A DNA stretch of 64,000 bases, taken from assembly GCA_010405405.1 (NCBI GenBank), contig MU004235.1, forward strand, positions 634,538 to 698,537, written 5' to 3'. The translations under genes and the position numbers were made by a program. This DNA is from Microthyrium microscopicum (Eukaryota). Under the pieces are notes generated by a model that did no database searches, was not told the origin of the DNA, and saw nothing but the letters and a program-made list of their open reading frames with translations. Position 1 is the first letter of the stretch. Each line of letters starts with the position of its first letter. Positions 10,950 to 22,961 of this stretch are shown here, one piece after another.

Positions 10950-13230
10950 CTACATAATTGATCCAAACCCATCAAGATTCATAAAATCGAACCCGATTAT
11001 CCCATTCGCATCTTGGGGTGAGAAACTAGCAAATGCGGGATCGAATGCTTGGTTAGCCTGGAAAACATCTCCGAATTCGTTTGCGTCCAGCACAGAATGT
11101 TGTAATGATTCGTTCCATAGATTGGGGTCGGGAACTTGTGACTGATCAAACGCCGGTATAACGGCCGTCTCATTGATCGGCATCATTGTTGGCCCTATAG
11201 ATGGCGCAGGCTCGAAAGCATTTGTGATTTGAGGCGGATCATTGGCAGTCGGTACCTGACTCAGGATCATCTTCAGGTACTTGCCATAGATCACAGGACT
11301 GCCGTTTCTATGCTTTGGCGTAGTCCCTATTCGTATTAGGACGTCCGCTGTCTGCTCTATCAGGCTTCGAACACTGGGTGCAACCTGCCCACCTGGGGAC
11401 ACTGTACTGAGTTTTAGCGCTACAGCTCCTGCAAATGATATCATGATGGTAGTGTTATTTGCAATAGCGTTCAATTGTGATTCGCAATTTACAGCCACAC
11501 GCATCAGATGTAGTGCGCTTGAAAGCGCCGACTTTCGAAACAGATGTTTAACCTCCTTGGGTGCTGTGGGATGGTTGATGACACTAGTGTAGGTCGATAA
11601 ACGTGTGTGTACGACCATAATCTCGGACATTGGTGCAAGCACCTTCGGCGAGCCTGTACCAATTTTGGACGTCCACTTCGCAAGGTAGTTTTCATAGAAC
11701 CGTTCCATGATAGCCTCAATCTCCTCAGCAACGTTGGAGCCGACATCGATCATGCGATAGCTGTCACATCTAGAGCGGACCGTATCAACAAGGCCATGTA
11801 GATCTCTACGTAGGGCCACGGTGGCTACGAGAGGACCATCTGAGTAATCGGCAATGTCAACATCATGCCATTCGTCACAGTTGAGCACAATTGGATCGAT
11901 TGGCACGATTGGGCTTCTTCCCTGGGCCAGAGAGAAACCGCGCTCGTACGCAAACAAGGCTAGCCATACCCGTTCTCGTCGACGAAGCAGTCTTCTCGCA
12001 AAGTCGGTGCCGATATCAATGCCTTCGAAGCCGTCGATAGCCAATGCGTAGTTTGCGTCGAGGGTGTTTGCTCTTGGTGTTCGGCGGATAATATCGGCGT
12101 TGTATCCAAGAGATGGTCTTATAATCTTGTTTAGTCCCAAGTCGAGGCCGATGGTCAATGCCATTGATAGGTATAGAGCAGTATCATATTCTGCGTGATG
12201 AGTACCGGGATGAATCCATGGCACGGTGATGAAGGCTAGGACAATTTCAACGGAGCGCAACCTTTTGTGAATGACCCTGTGTGCGAGAGTTTTTCGATGG
12301 TTTGTAAGTCTCTTGGACAAAGCTCCAGAGCCGGGCATGAATAGTGCTGCAGCTGCCAGCAAAGAAGTAAGCAGAAATGAGGATCGGCGACGGGTGAACT
12401 GTAGAGTGTATAGATGAGGATCAAGTCCCCATCGAATGTAAGCTGTGTGATTATAAAAGCTAGGGCTTCATGTAAGTGGCTGTACTTCCTTTTGATTATT
12501 GCAATGCTTACAATGCTAGCAGCATCTCTGCTTCTTCCTCCGTGACCAATCCAAGATGAATCGGATCGCTCTCGTCATCGTCTCCACGTCCATTACCATC
12601 GATACTTGCGCGAATTGGCATGAAAAATCTTTGAATGTCGGCGTAGCTTCCATATCCATCTCGGTCAAAATTGACACTACCCGGACTAGGAGGCCGTACA
12701 TTTGCGCTCTGAGCTTTGCCTTGGCGGAGTCGTGATGCGCGAACTAATAGTTCAAGAGGATTTTCAGCATCATCAAGAGCATCCTCATCGTGAATAATAG
12801 ACGGTGAATCATCGTCTTCGTCCACCTCAGTTTCCTCGCCCCGAGATTGACTTGGTCCTGAAGCTAATGAAGAAGTCCGTCGGTCGCGATCCCGAACACG
12901 ATTCAGTAGTTGCTGAAGTTCTGTGAAAGCCGAATCATCCTGCAGATCTCCTTTCGAGGACTTTTTGAGCGCTTGTTCAATTTTGACAATGTAATTATCG
13001 AGTCCCTTTCGCTTACTGGATAGCAGATGGTCAGCAAAAGTTGTCGGTTATCCTATGCACAGAGAAGCTCACTTTCTAGACCCCTTCTTCCGTCCCATCT
13101 GGATATTGGGGACAATGCATTCTAAATGAGAGCTCTCGCACCTCTGACACTTGCTTGCTCCCTCTGCTCGTTTACACTTCACCTTGCTCTTTCTACAGTT
13201 CAGACATGCCGCTCGCTTGCTGTCGGACAT
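10950..13230 (-). CDS. Zn(II)2Cys6 fungal transcription factor with middle homology region (PriB-like)
   Basis: The first exon (not in the ORF track) reads MSDSKRAACLNCRKSKVKCKRAEGASKCQRCESSHLECIVP. Downstream motifs: ENPLELL, DPIHLGLVT, RRRERVWLALF. Confidence 0.92.
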
Positions 13231-14168
13231 CTGAAATCTGACAACTCCGCAGCAAGCATATTACCACACAAGCCTAAAAAGTGGCAACAAAGTCGCTAGC
13301 AAAGAGAAGATAGAAAGAGCTTCTAGAGCGCGATAGGCATCAATGAGTTTGCGACAATAGAGTTCTTCCTTATCAGTTAAATGACGTTTAGGTCGCGACT
13401 AGTGGTAGGGGAAAATCATCGTATGGCCCCTGAGATGATGACTAAGCACGATCATGAATCAACTTCTAACGTCGACGACCAGCAGTGTAAGATCAAACAT
13501 CAACACTTCGTCTTCTTTAAATATGACCGACCGTCAAGATGATTTCTTTAGACCAGTTGTTTCGTAGAAAGCTGTCCATAGCGGCTTCTCATTCCTCCTT
13601 CATCAATGGTCGCTGATGCTCACTCAATCGTGGCTATCTCGGCCTATGGCTAGCAATTTTTCTCGCGGTTCCCAGGCACAAAACCATGGCTCCGGTCGCA
13701 CTGACCTGCTGGTAGCCAAAACAGCGTCATTGTACAGAACAATGAAATGTTAGCAGCAGTGAAAGGCATGCATTCCGCACATCACACACAAAGAATCGAG
13801 ATGTCCAGCGCAAACATGCAACATGTGCTGGGGTCACAATTATAATGAATGATTGCCTATAGAGCGTGAAAGGTAAAGTAGGATGAAGACGTCTGCTAGG
13901 TTTTGCATCCATCTCGCTGCGTCCAAACTGTACTGCTGATGTCCCGGAAGCGGGCTCAAATTCTGGGAGGAATGTGAACTTTGCTTGCATCATGAACAAC
14001 AAAGACGCTCGATGTCTCTCATCTTTTCTTTAAACAACGATGTCACGGCAAGCGGATGGATTCGCGATATGTCTATCCAACATTGCTTTTCATTGCTCCT
14101 CTTGCAACATACCAAATCTCATCTAATTTCTTCTCCATCGACAGTCTCACTCACAGCTTATCGAGAAT

Positions 14169-15699
14169 ATGGCTACAACTCCACGCGCAAGGACCACTCG
14201 CACAAGTAGCAAAGCGACCACGACGCCGCTGGCACGAAAGAAGTCCACTTCGACGCTCAAGCCAAAAGAAACCAAGCCAAAGCAAGCAACAAAAACGGAA
14301 AAGCCAGTTCGTGGCAGACCTCGACGAAAGTCTCAACCTATCGAATACGACGATGAAATAGGATCTGCTGTATCATGGGAGGACCATGCTGAGTTGTTGT
14401 ACTCCGCCTGGTGCTGGATATGGGAGATGTTCAAAGAAATTATCGCCATTTTCAGTATTTTGGGGCCTATTCTTTTGATCACAACTGCCATAATTCTAAT
14501 GGTCCTCTCTCACAAGGTCTCACATCTAACTCGGCCGCCGGTAGACACTGGAGCTATTTCTAAACTCTGCCGTTTCGCTGGATTTGGTTGCCCCCCAGGA
14601 AAGCTAGGCGAAAGCCTTGCATATATCGACAGAATGAGAATATTTCAAAAAACTAGATCCGAAGACGATATCTGGCTCCACGAATACGTGCGAAGCGGAG
14701 AGCTCGTCAACGAATTTCTTCATGAGCTCAGCGAACAAGAAACGAAAAGATCGGGGTAAGTAACGGAATCACTTGTAGAACTTGTTTGTGTACTGACATG
14801 ATTGCAGCGGTTTGACCCACGCCATTTTTAATTCGAATATGACACGCCTCAAGAAAGACATGGAGCCAGTCTTGGTAAAAAATTTCAAAAGCCAGGCCGA
14901 TTTCATGAATGACGTTGACAACATGATCGATTCTGTCATACAAGAGCAAATGGAGATCCAATCAAAGCTGGCCGAATTCGAGATATATCATCAGAGGCAA
15001 CGTCAGTATGACATCCAGTCAAACCTCACGGACCAAAGAGATTGGCTTTATACTCCAAAAATGATTGGCAGAACCATCTCCAAAACTCTAGGGCGCGGTT
15101 TTGGCGAACCCATCGATAAAAAGATTGCCCAGCTTTTCAAAAGCCTCAACAAGAACAGTCTGCGCTACATCAAATCGATGGAAGGCGACTTGGACGCCCA
15201 AGAGCTCCATGGTCAGGAATTGAAATATCTAATAGAGTGGTTTGCACAGCAATTGGCGTGGTCAAAGTACCACAGCAATCAGCAAGCCTTGGATCATAGC
15301 CAATTGACATCAAAGTCATACTGGGAAAAGCTTTGGGGTACCCGAGACAGGCACGAGCATAGAGACTTTGACAAGAAGATCAAGGCATGCCCAAAGCTGT
15401 ATGCGTTCACAGAGCGGGCTTTGGACCGAGCATCAGGAGACAAGAGCATAATCAGCGGAATCTCAGATGATATTAATTCTTTCCAGGAAAGTATTGACAA
15501 GATTAACATTAAACTCGACCTCGAACAGCCAGATCCCCTGAAACCTTACATGGAAACTGTTGAAAAGTCTGTACGGGGACTCAAGAAGAATCGAGTGACA
15601 CGAGAAAAACGGATTCATCAGCGTATTGGACAACAGCGTCTACGCGGTATAGAACAAGTCAGGGATCAGTTGCCAAATGTTAGACTGACCAAGAGGTGA
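14169..15699 (+). CDS. Hypothetical membrane protein: basic N-terminus with AT-hook-like motif, one TM helix, coiled-coil C-terminus (intron 14756-14807)
   Basis: Two ORFs join in frame across a GTAAGT...CTGAC...CAG intron. Contains PVRGRPRRK and the hydrophobic segment IIAIFSILGPILLITTAIILMVL. Confidence 0.75.
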
Positions 15700-16493
15700 T
15701 GAAATTGGAGCTGGTAATTAGTGGTTGCTTTTGATATACAGGTTACGGATTTCACTTTTGGGCGAACGGAGGTTTCGAAGACAAAGATCGGATGGCATCG
15801 TCGTTGCGATCTATTTCCTATGATCTTTTCAACGTCAAAGAGAAGCTGAATATAATGCATTGTTTTTAAATTCAATAGCAGTCAGTGCTCGTGATACGGA
15901 CTGAACCGTTCCAGATAATATCAGACCGTTCGCTTTAAGTCAAGAGGTGATTTTTGATGATCTTGATAATCGATTTCAGACTTGGGTTGATTAAAGCACC
16001 ACGAAATCAGGAGGTTGTGATTGCCTTTGGACCGTAGATGTAAATAGTGGGTTACCGAGTAGTAAGGGAGAGTATATCCGGCTTGCCGCATAGCGTCGGC
16101 TCTCTCAGGTACAGTACACCACAGCCTGATGGATCGTGGGCCTCAACAATACCATATTTGCATAATTGGAAGAGACAAATCAGCTTGAATCATCCTGATT
16201 CATATGCTGCCGAACCATTGACCTGAAGAACAATTGCATTGTTTTGCTAACCTCACATATCAAATCAATTCCGTTCGGTTGACCCCTGGGCCCTGAAGGT
16301 TTTGGCAGGACCAGCCTTGCCAGCTTTGGCGGGGTCGGACTTCGGTAGGCTTGTCTGATGTTTACAATTCGATCCACCCTCCAAAACTCTTTCAGAGCTA
16401 CCTACAAGCAAAATCTTCTCTTCTTTCTTTTCCAAAACATTTTAACCTTTCATCAATTGCGCTCCCAACTCCTCTGGGAATATCCTATCAATC

Positions 16494-18252
16494 ATGTCCG
16501 CGCGTGTGCTCTGTAGGAACGCGGCCCTCCGATCTTCGCTCCGAACACCTGCCTCCCCAGCTTCATATCTAAGCTCCGCTCGCTCATCTGTCGCTCGCGT
16601 GGCTTCCAAGAACTCTGCTGTAGCTTCTCTGTCAAGCCGATCTGCCTTTTCCACAATGTCGCCTCTGCAGTCCATGGCTCCTCCTGTTGGGCCACCGCCA
16701 AAGTATGATTCTGAGATCTCTGACATTGCTTCGTACGTTCACGCCTACGATGTCAAATCTGATCTAGCTGTATGTGTTTTCCATAGAAGCGGATGCTATC
16801 GCTCTAATTTGACATCTACAGTTCGATACTGCTCGTTGGGTTTTCTTGGACACCATGGGCTGTGGTCTCAAGGCTCTCGAATTCCCTGAATGTACCAAAT
16901 TACTCGGTCCTGTTGTCCCTGGTACAACCGTGCCAAATGGAACAAAAGTCTTGGGAACAAACTACCAATTAGATCCTGTTCTTGGCGCTTTCAACATAGG
17001 GGCCATGATCCGATGGTTGGACTTCAACGACTGCTGGCTAGCTGCTGAGTGGGGACATCCTTCAGACAACTTGGGAGCTATCCTTTCTGTCGCAGACTGG
17101 ATTTCACGAACAAACCGCGCCGGAGGCAAGCTGGGCAACGGAAAGATCTTGACCATTCGAGATGTCCTCGAGGGAATGATCAAGGCCCACGAAATCCAAG
17201 GATGTCTCGCTTTAGAAAACTCGTTCAACAAGGTCGGTATTGACCACGTTGTCTACGTCAAAGTCGCATCTACCGCAGTCGTAGCCAAGATGCTCGGTAT
17301 GAATGAAGAGCAAACTCGTGCTGCCGTCTCTCAAGCATGGTGTGATGGTCAATCTCTCCGTACCTATCGCCACACTCCCAACACCATGTCTCGAAAATCG
17401 TGGGCCGCCGGTGATGCCTGTGAAAAAGCCGTTAACCTCTGCTTGAAGGTTCTCAAGGGCGAAGGTGGAATGCCAACTGTTCTCTCTGAGAAAACCTGGG
17501 GTTTCTACGACATTGTCTTCGACAAGAAGCCATTCAAGTTCCAGCGTCCATATGGCAGCTACGTTATGGAGAACGTTCTTTTCAAGGTCTCCTACCCTGC
17601 TGAATTCCACTCTCAAACCGCCATTGAAGCCGCACAACGCATCAACAAGCAGCTAGCAGCTCTCGGAAAATCTGCTGCTGACATCGAAACCGTTGTCAAC
17701 CGCACACACGAGGCTTGCATTCGCATTATTGACAAACAATTCAAGCCAATGGACAACTTTGCTGATCGCGATCACTGCATCCAGTACATGGTTGCCACCA
17801 TGTTCGTTTTCAACCGTCTAGAAGCCACTGACTACGTTGATGGTGGAGAGGCTGCTACCAGTCAACTGGTAGAGGACCTTCGCAAGCGCATTTCTTGTGT
17901 TGAGGACCCACAATTTACCGAAGACTATCATAACCCAGACATGCGAACCATCTCAAACGCCTTGACCGTCACCCTCAAGGATGGCACAGTTTTGGATGAA
18001 GTTGCTGTTGAGGCTCCTCTAGGACACAGGCTCCGAAGAGAAGAAGCCAAGCCAGAAATTTTGGCTAAATATAAGAGACATCTTGGTAAGTCTTTGCACT
18101 CCTATACCACTCACTGTGCATACATTAACAATCGTATAGGACCTCATTACTCACAATCTCATGTTGACAAGTTGGTGGAACTCGGTATGGACCAGGCGAA
18201 GTTGGAGGCTACCGAGGTGGATAAGTACGTAGATCTCTACGTTAAGGAGTAA
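16494..18252 (+). CDS. PDH1: 2-methylcitrate dehydratase (PrpD family), mitochondrial; introns 16770-16821 and 18086-18139
   Basis: Arg/Ser-rich presequence. Motifs [41 protein letters not shown] and ADRDHCIQY. Confidence 0.96.
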
Positions 18253-18420
18253 AAGCCATGTTTTGAGTACCATAGTTGTTGTATATATGTGCACGATAGA
18301 ATCATATCCTTCTCATCAAGAGCAAACAAAAACGCCTCGCTATGCAACATTAACGTACAACAAATGCTTATTATGGCTGGCGTGATCTCTTTCTTTTGTT
18401 TCTGAGTTAAAGGGCAGGCA

Positions 18421-19524
18421 TCACAGCTCTTCAAGCAGTCCATTCCACTCTGCCCATCGCTTTTCCGATGATTCAATGACTTGTTCCATCTCCTCAGCGC
18501 CCATAACCCAGCCACCAGTCTTTTCAAGTTTTCGTATCTGAGTACCCAGCTTTGCGTTGCTGCAATCAACCACGGCAGATATCTCTTCGCTACACAGTTC
18601 CTCCTCCATCTCATCCGGATCAGCTAGTAGCCAGGTCTTCTTCTCATCCTTCAGACCCTTGAACCGCGACGGCTCAAACACGCGAAACGTGCACGCAATC
18701 GGCATGCCCTTGACATTCAGCCGTCGAGCCTCCTCCTTCAGCGGCGAACACACAACCATCTCCAATTCCGGGTCATAAACCGCCTTTGGCAGCACCGTTG
18801 TCCGCAGCGCCGCCAATGTCGCCGCCCAAATCGAGTCGAAAGGCGTGCCAGCCAGCGATATGACCAAAATGTCCACGTAGAGTACAAAGTATCCCACAAC
18901 CTCGCCGCGGGTCTTCACCTTCTTATTCTCCTCCTCCATCTCCATCGCACCATCCTCCTCTTCCTCCTCACTACTCTCCTCATCCCCAATAACCGGCCTA
19001 TCCCACATAATCTCCAAGTCTTCAACATCAACAACCCCACCACCCACCAAACCCTCTCTCACACGCCACGCCAATCGCTGCGCAGCGCGCGTCGGCGCCG
19101 TGCCGGGAATTTGACTACCTGCACAACCAGTCGCGAGCTCGACATTCGGGACCACCAATCCTAACTTCTCTACCCTGTCATCTTGCGCCTCTCCAGCGCT
19201 TTCTTGACTAGCTTTCAGTATCTCCGCATGACCAGGAATATCCTTAACACCCACAATTTCCGGCCGTACACCAACGACCACCGCAGTGTCGCCCGTGCGC
19301 ACGACGGCACTGCCGGCGCTGTGCGAAAGACTGTTTGTATTTAGAACTGGGGGGCGGAAATCGGAGGGTGCGCGGGTGGATGGGCGGATTGGTGGGGAGT
19401 GTGTTAGGTGTGCGTGGAGGTAAGCGGCGGGTGTGAGGGCGCGAAAGACGGAGGCGGGGAACGTTGTTGTTGTGGTCGTGGTGGAGGAGGAGGAGGCAGA
19501 AGGTTTTTGTATAGTGGTTGCCAT
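18421..19524 (-). CDS. RRP43: Exosome complex RNase PH-like subunit Rrp43
   Basis: Motifs R..SDFRP..LNTNSLSHSAGSAVVRTGDT, LVVPNVEL.TGC, VLYVDILVISLAG..FD and LLADPDEMEE. Confidence 0.85.
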   Translation of the reverse strand: MATTIQKPSASSSSTTTTTTTFPASVFRALTPAAYLHAHLTHSPPIRPSTRAPSDFRPPVLNTNSLSHSAGSAVVRTGDTAVVVGVRPEIVGVKDIPGHAEILKASQESAGEAQDDRVEKLGLVVPNVELATGCAGSQIPGTAPTRAAQRLAWRVREGLVGGGVVDVEDLEIMWDRPVIGDEESSEEEEEDGAMEMEEENKKVKTRGEVVGYFVLYVDILVISLAGTPFDSIWAATLAALRTTVLPKAVYDPELEMVVCSPLKEEARRLNVKGMPIACTFRVFEPSRFKGLKDEKKTWLLADPDEMEEELCSEEISAVVDCSNAKLGTQIRKLEKTGGWVMGAEEMEQVIESSEKRWAEWNGLLEEL

Positions 19525-20082
19525 TTTGGCGGTTGGGAATATGTTGTTTGCGCTGTAGGTTGGGATATTTGGTGAAAGCTTTGAAGTCTTGCGAAAAAGT
19601 TTAGCTTGTTGAATTTGTTGGGTTGACCAATGGGGGCTTAGCGTGGCACGGTAAAGGCTGTTGGTTCAGCCTTATGAGTCCTGAAGGATTTCGAGTGTGA
19701 GAAAGGAAGGAAATGCCGTTGTTTCAGCTTACTAGTTGGGCGATTTCATATTGCGCAATGCAATTACTAGTAAGGAGTCTTAATATCTAACATCACAAGG
19801 AATGTAGTAGTTGATATGCTGAAACACAATCTTTCAGCCCCAAAGTGTAAGGAAGCACTACAGATATACTTCAGACAAGAGTGCCCAGTATCCCGCCTTC
19901 AATTCCTACATCTTCCTATATGGCGGATTAATATTACACTGCATTGTGGATTCCGCTTATTATAACTTTCTAGCTACTACGTCACAATACCCGCCCTACA
20001 ACCGGAGACTGCTTAGAGCCACCTCCCAGTTGAACGTCCATAGACCAATACTAAGCAGCACACTTTTTACTCTCCGGCGAAC

Positions 20083-21052
20083 ATGACGGTATGATATGTC
20101 TTTGACGTATCAATATGTGTCAACAATGTTTACTGACATTACATAGCAATCTCGGGCAAGAAAACTTGCTGATCTCCAGCTCCAATACCCCCTCTGGCTC
20201 TTGGATGTAGACCAGCCCGCCTGGCCGCGAAAACTGAACAGCATATTACCAGGTTCAAGACCAGCGAAGATATCAGGCTGGTATACGTGGCCATGGGAAT
20301 ATGGGACAGATCTGCGCAAGATCACCGACGAGCTACCATATGGTGTTACGAGAAATGAACGACTAGCGAGCGCTCTTGGGCTCATTGACCAGGTGCTCAT
20401 GCAGCTTCGCTACGATGAGAGGTACGACATCAACGACCTGCGGATAGTCTACGAAGCAGGGGCAGAATCTGAAGGACAGACAATGAACTTTGCGGATTGG
20501 GGTTTTGACGCTACAGCAGAAGGCTATATCAATCCGCGGCGCATCCTTGCCATCGAGCGCAATTGGGATGATGTGCCCATATGGGATCGGAGGAGCAAAA
20601 TCAATATGTTGATTGATGATGATGCGTCTACGGCATATGGTTTGGCTTCAATGGTACACAGCGAAACGGAGCTATTGCTGGCCACAGGAGTGCGTGCCGA
20701 AGATGATGGTAGCGCGATCAGGAAGGCTCAGTTTGAGTTTCTCGATGGGAATATGGAGCAGGCGAAAGGTATAGTTTATTCAGCCAAGAATCAGGAGGAA
20801 AGAGGCATATATCTAACTCGTGGGCCTGATTTCGACTGGAATAAGAGAGTACTGGCAGGAACTGGATTGGAGAACGCACCTTGGTCTGAAGTAGTGGCGT
20901 ATGCTAATGGAAATATGAGAAGACCAGTACAACAAAGAGGTCGAAGATATCTTCCGATTGTCTTTTTACATCATCCAGATTCAGCATCTGTTCAACTATC
21001 ACGCATACACTATACACCACCTTACGTTAGCGCCACTCAGAGTTCGCTGTAG
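20083..21052 (+). CDS. Hypothetical protein (6-nt first exon, intron ~20089-20146)
   Basis: ATGACG|GTATGA...CTGAC...TAG splices in frame onto the 283-codon ORF. No family recognised. Confidence 0.6.
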
Positions 21053-21649
21053 TACTGACGACCTCTTGGGTCACCTTCCTGTGGGTCACTGTAGATGTGA
21101 TGGTGTGTAGATTTGCCTTGATTGCTATAAGGCGCATCCCTCGATTGGCTACAAATAGATGGATGATAGCATCTTCCACTTAGAGGAAAGTGTTTATAAG
21201 GCAAGAAAACAGAATCACAGGCCTTGCATATGCAGACTGTTCGTGTTGAAGCAAGTTGGGCGCTTAGGATTTGAAGTCTGACAGGCACAACGACCAGGGA
21301 TTAATTTGGCAGGATTTCGGGAGAATTAAGCTTATTTTAGCGTCTTTATGTACGATCTGGGGTATTTTGTGTAGATTGGGCCCACGCGGGAAGGCGGACG
21401 GATCCCAGCCACTCCCTCTGCGGAGAACGGGCCGGCAAGAGGGATTCGCGATTCAGTCATTGAAGTCAGGTCCTTTGACTGCATTTTGGCTTTAGACTCT
21501 CATCTGTCCGGCGCACTGGCAGTGAAAGCTCATGTTCAATGCATCGTAAAACAGTAATCATGTCTTTTCGATGACTTTCAATAGTTCATAGGAGTGTTCC
21601 ATCCATTGTCAATCCATTGACCTATCAAAATTGTAAGAATTATCAGTAG

Positions 21650-22301
21650 TCTACCGAGGAAGCACTCGGGCGCGTATGGCTGGCAAGCGCTCAGTGATAA
21701 CGATAGGCCATGGAATACCCGCCCACACCAGCGTTTTGCAGAATGATGTTCTTGCGATGAGCCTAGATGGAGTATTGATGAGCCGTAAACCCTGAAGCTG
21801 TGGTCGATCTCCCCAGTGGATCTCCCTCTGGCTGTCTGGGTTCACGACAGAGGAGCACAAGAGGATTCTAGACCGTACGATTGCGTCGGACTTAACCTCT
21901 TGACCTTCTTCAACAAGCAATGGCACATGCCGCTGTGCGGAAACATCATCACCTGGATGGTTGAGGATGGGAAACCCGAGGTGATATCACATCGCTTCAA
22001 CGCTCAAAGACGAGACGGGTCTGCATTGCGCAAACCTAGGCCACGTTGTAGGCCATTCACGACACTTTGAAAATGTTGGTCGAGGCTACTGTATGAAACA
22101 CCAAAGGTAGTTGCCCCAATGAAGCAGCCAGCGCTTACTTGGAGGATGGGATTGGTTGAGCTCCAGCTTTCACCAGCCACTAAGATTATCGAAGCTCTTC
22201 AACGCCATGCCCGCCCATGCAGGTGCATCGACCACTGCAGGCCAGTTGATGCGCCCAGACATCCCTGGCATGCCTCGCGAGCATCAATGATGTTGGTCTA
22301 A
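21650..22301 (+). pseudogene. Possible decayed ORF of unknown family
   Basis: ORFs 21816-22070 and 22119-22301 and upstream codons share one frame (~215 codons) broken by only three stops. Confidence 0.3.
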
Positions 22302-22961
22302 AAGAAGGTCTCAAAGCCACCGACCCATTCAAGGTCTCGCAAAAGACCTGGTCCGTTGAAGCGTGGATGATAGACATCGCACTGGATGGGAGCACGCCAG
22401 AATGTCTCTACTGGTCGTTGACGATGCCGATAGGCTCCACTATCACGCCCTCAGGCACAATCTGCTCAATAGTTTTGTCAAGTTTCTTGGGAAGCGTTCG
22501 TACTCCAAGTCTTGTGCGATAATCCTAGTATGCAGATTGGATCCAATCGAGACCAGCCTGTGATAGATCTACCGTGCAGCTGCACCAAAAGTCTGCTGAA
22601 CGCCTCGCAAGCCCATAAGACCTTGCCACTCCTATCCGATTTGTGCTGTGGGACAGTTAAACTCATTATTCGTACGTCGCCAACCTCTTCTTTGTGGGGT
22701 CTTTCCTCTACAACTCCTGTCTTCTATATCGACATCTCATTCTTGGATTCTTCACTCCTCCCGCTTCAAATCCGCCCCCTTTCCGAACCTCCGCGATGCG
22801 TGCGATGTAAATCGGAAATATAATTTTGATTTATGAAGGAAAAGGCCGCGCCTTTGTCTAACTTGAGACTGGAAAATACAAACAATCTGAGGGTGTGAAG
22901 AGAAATTGTTTATCGCACCCGCGCTACTGGTATACCAAATCGGCCTACGAATCCCACGAAC

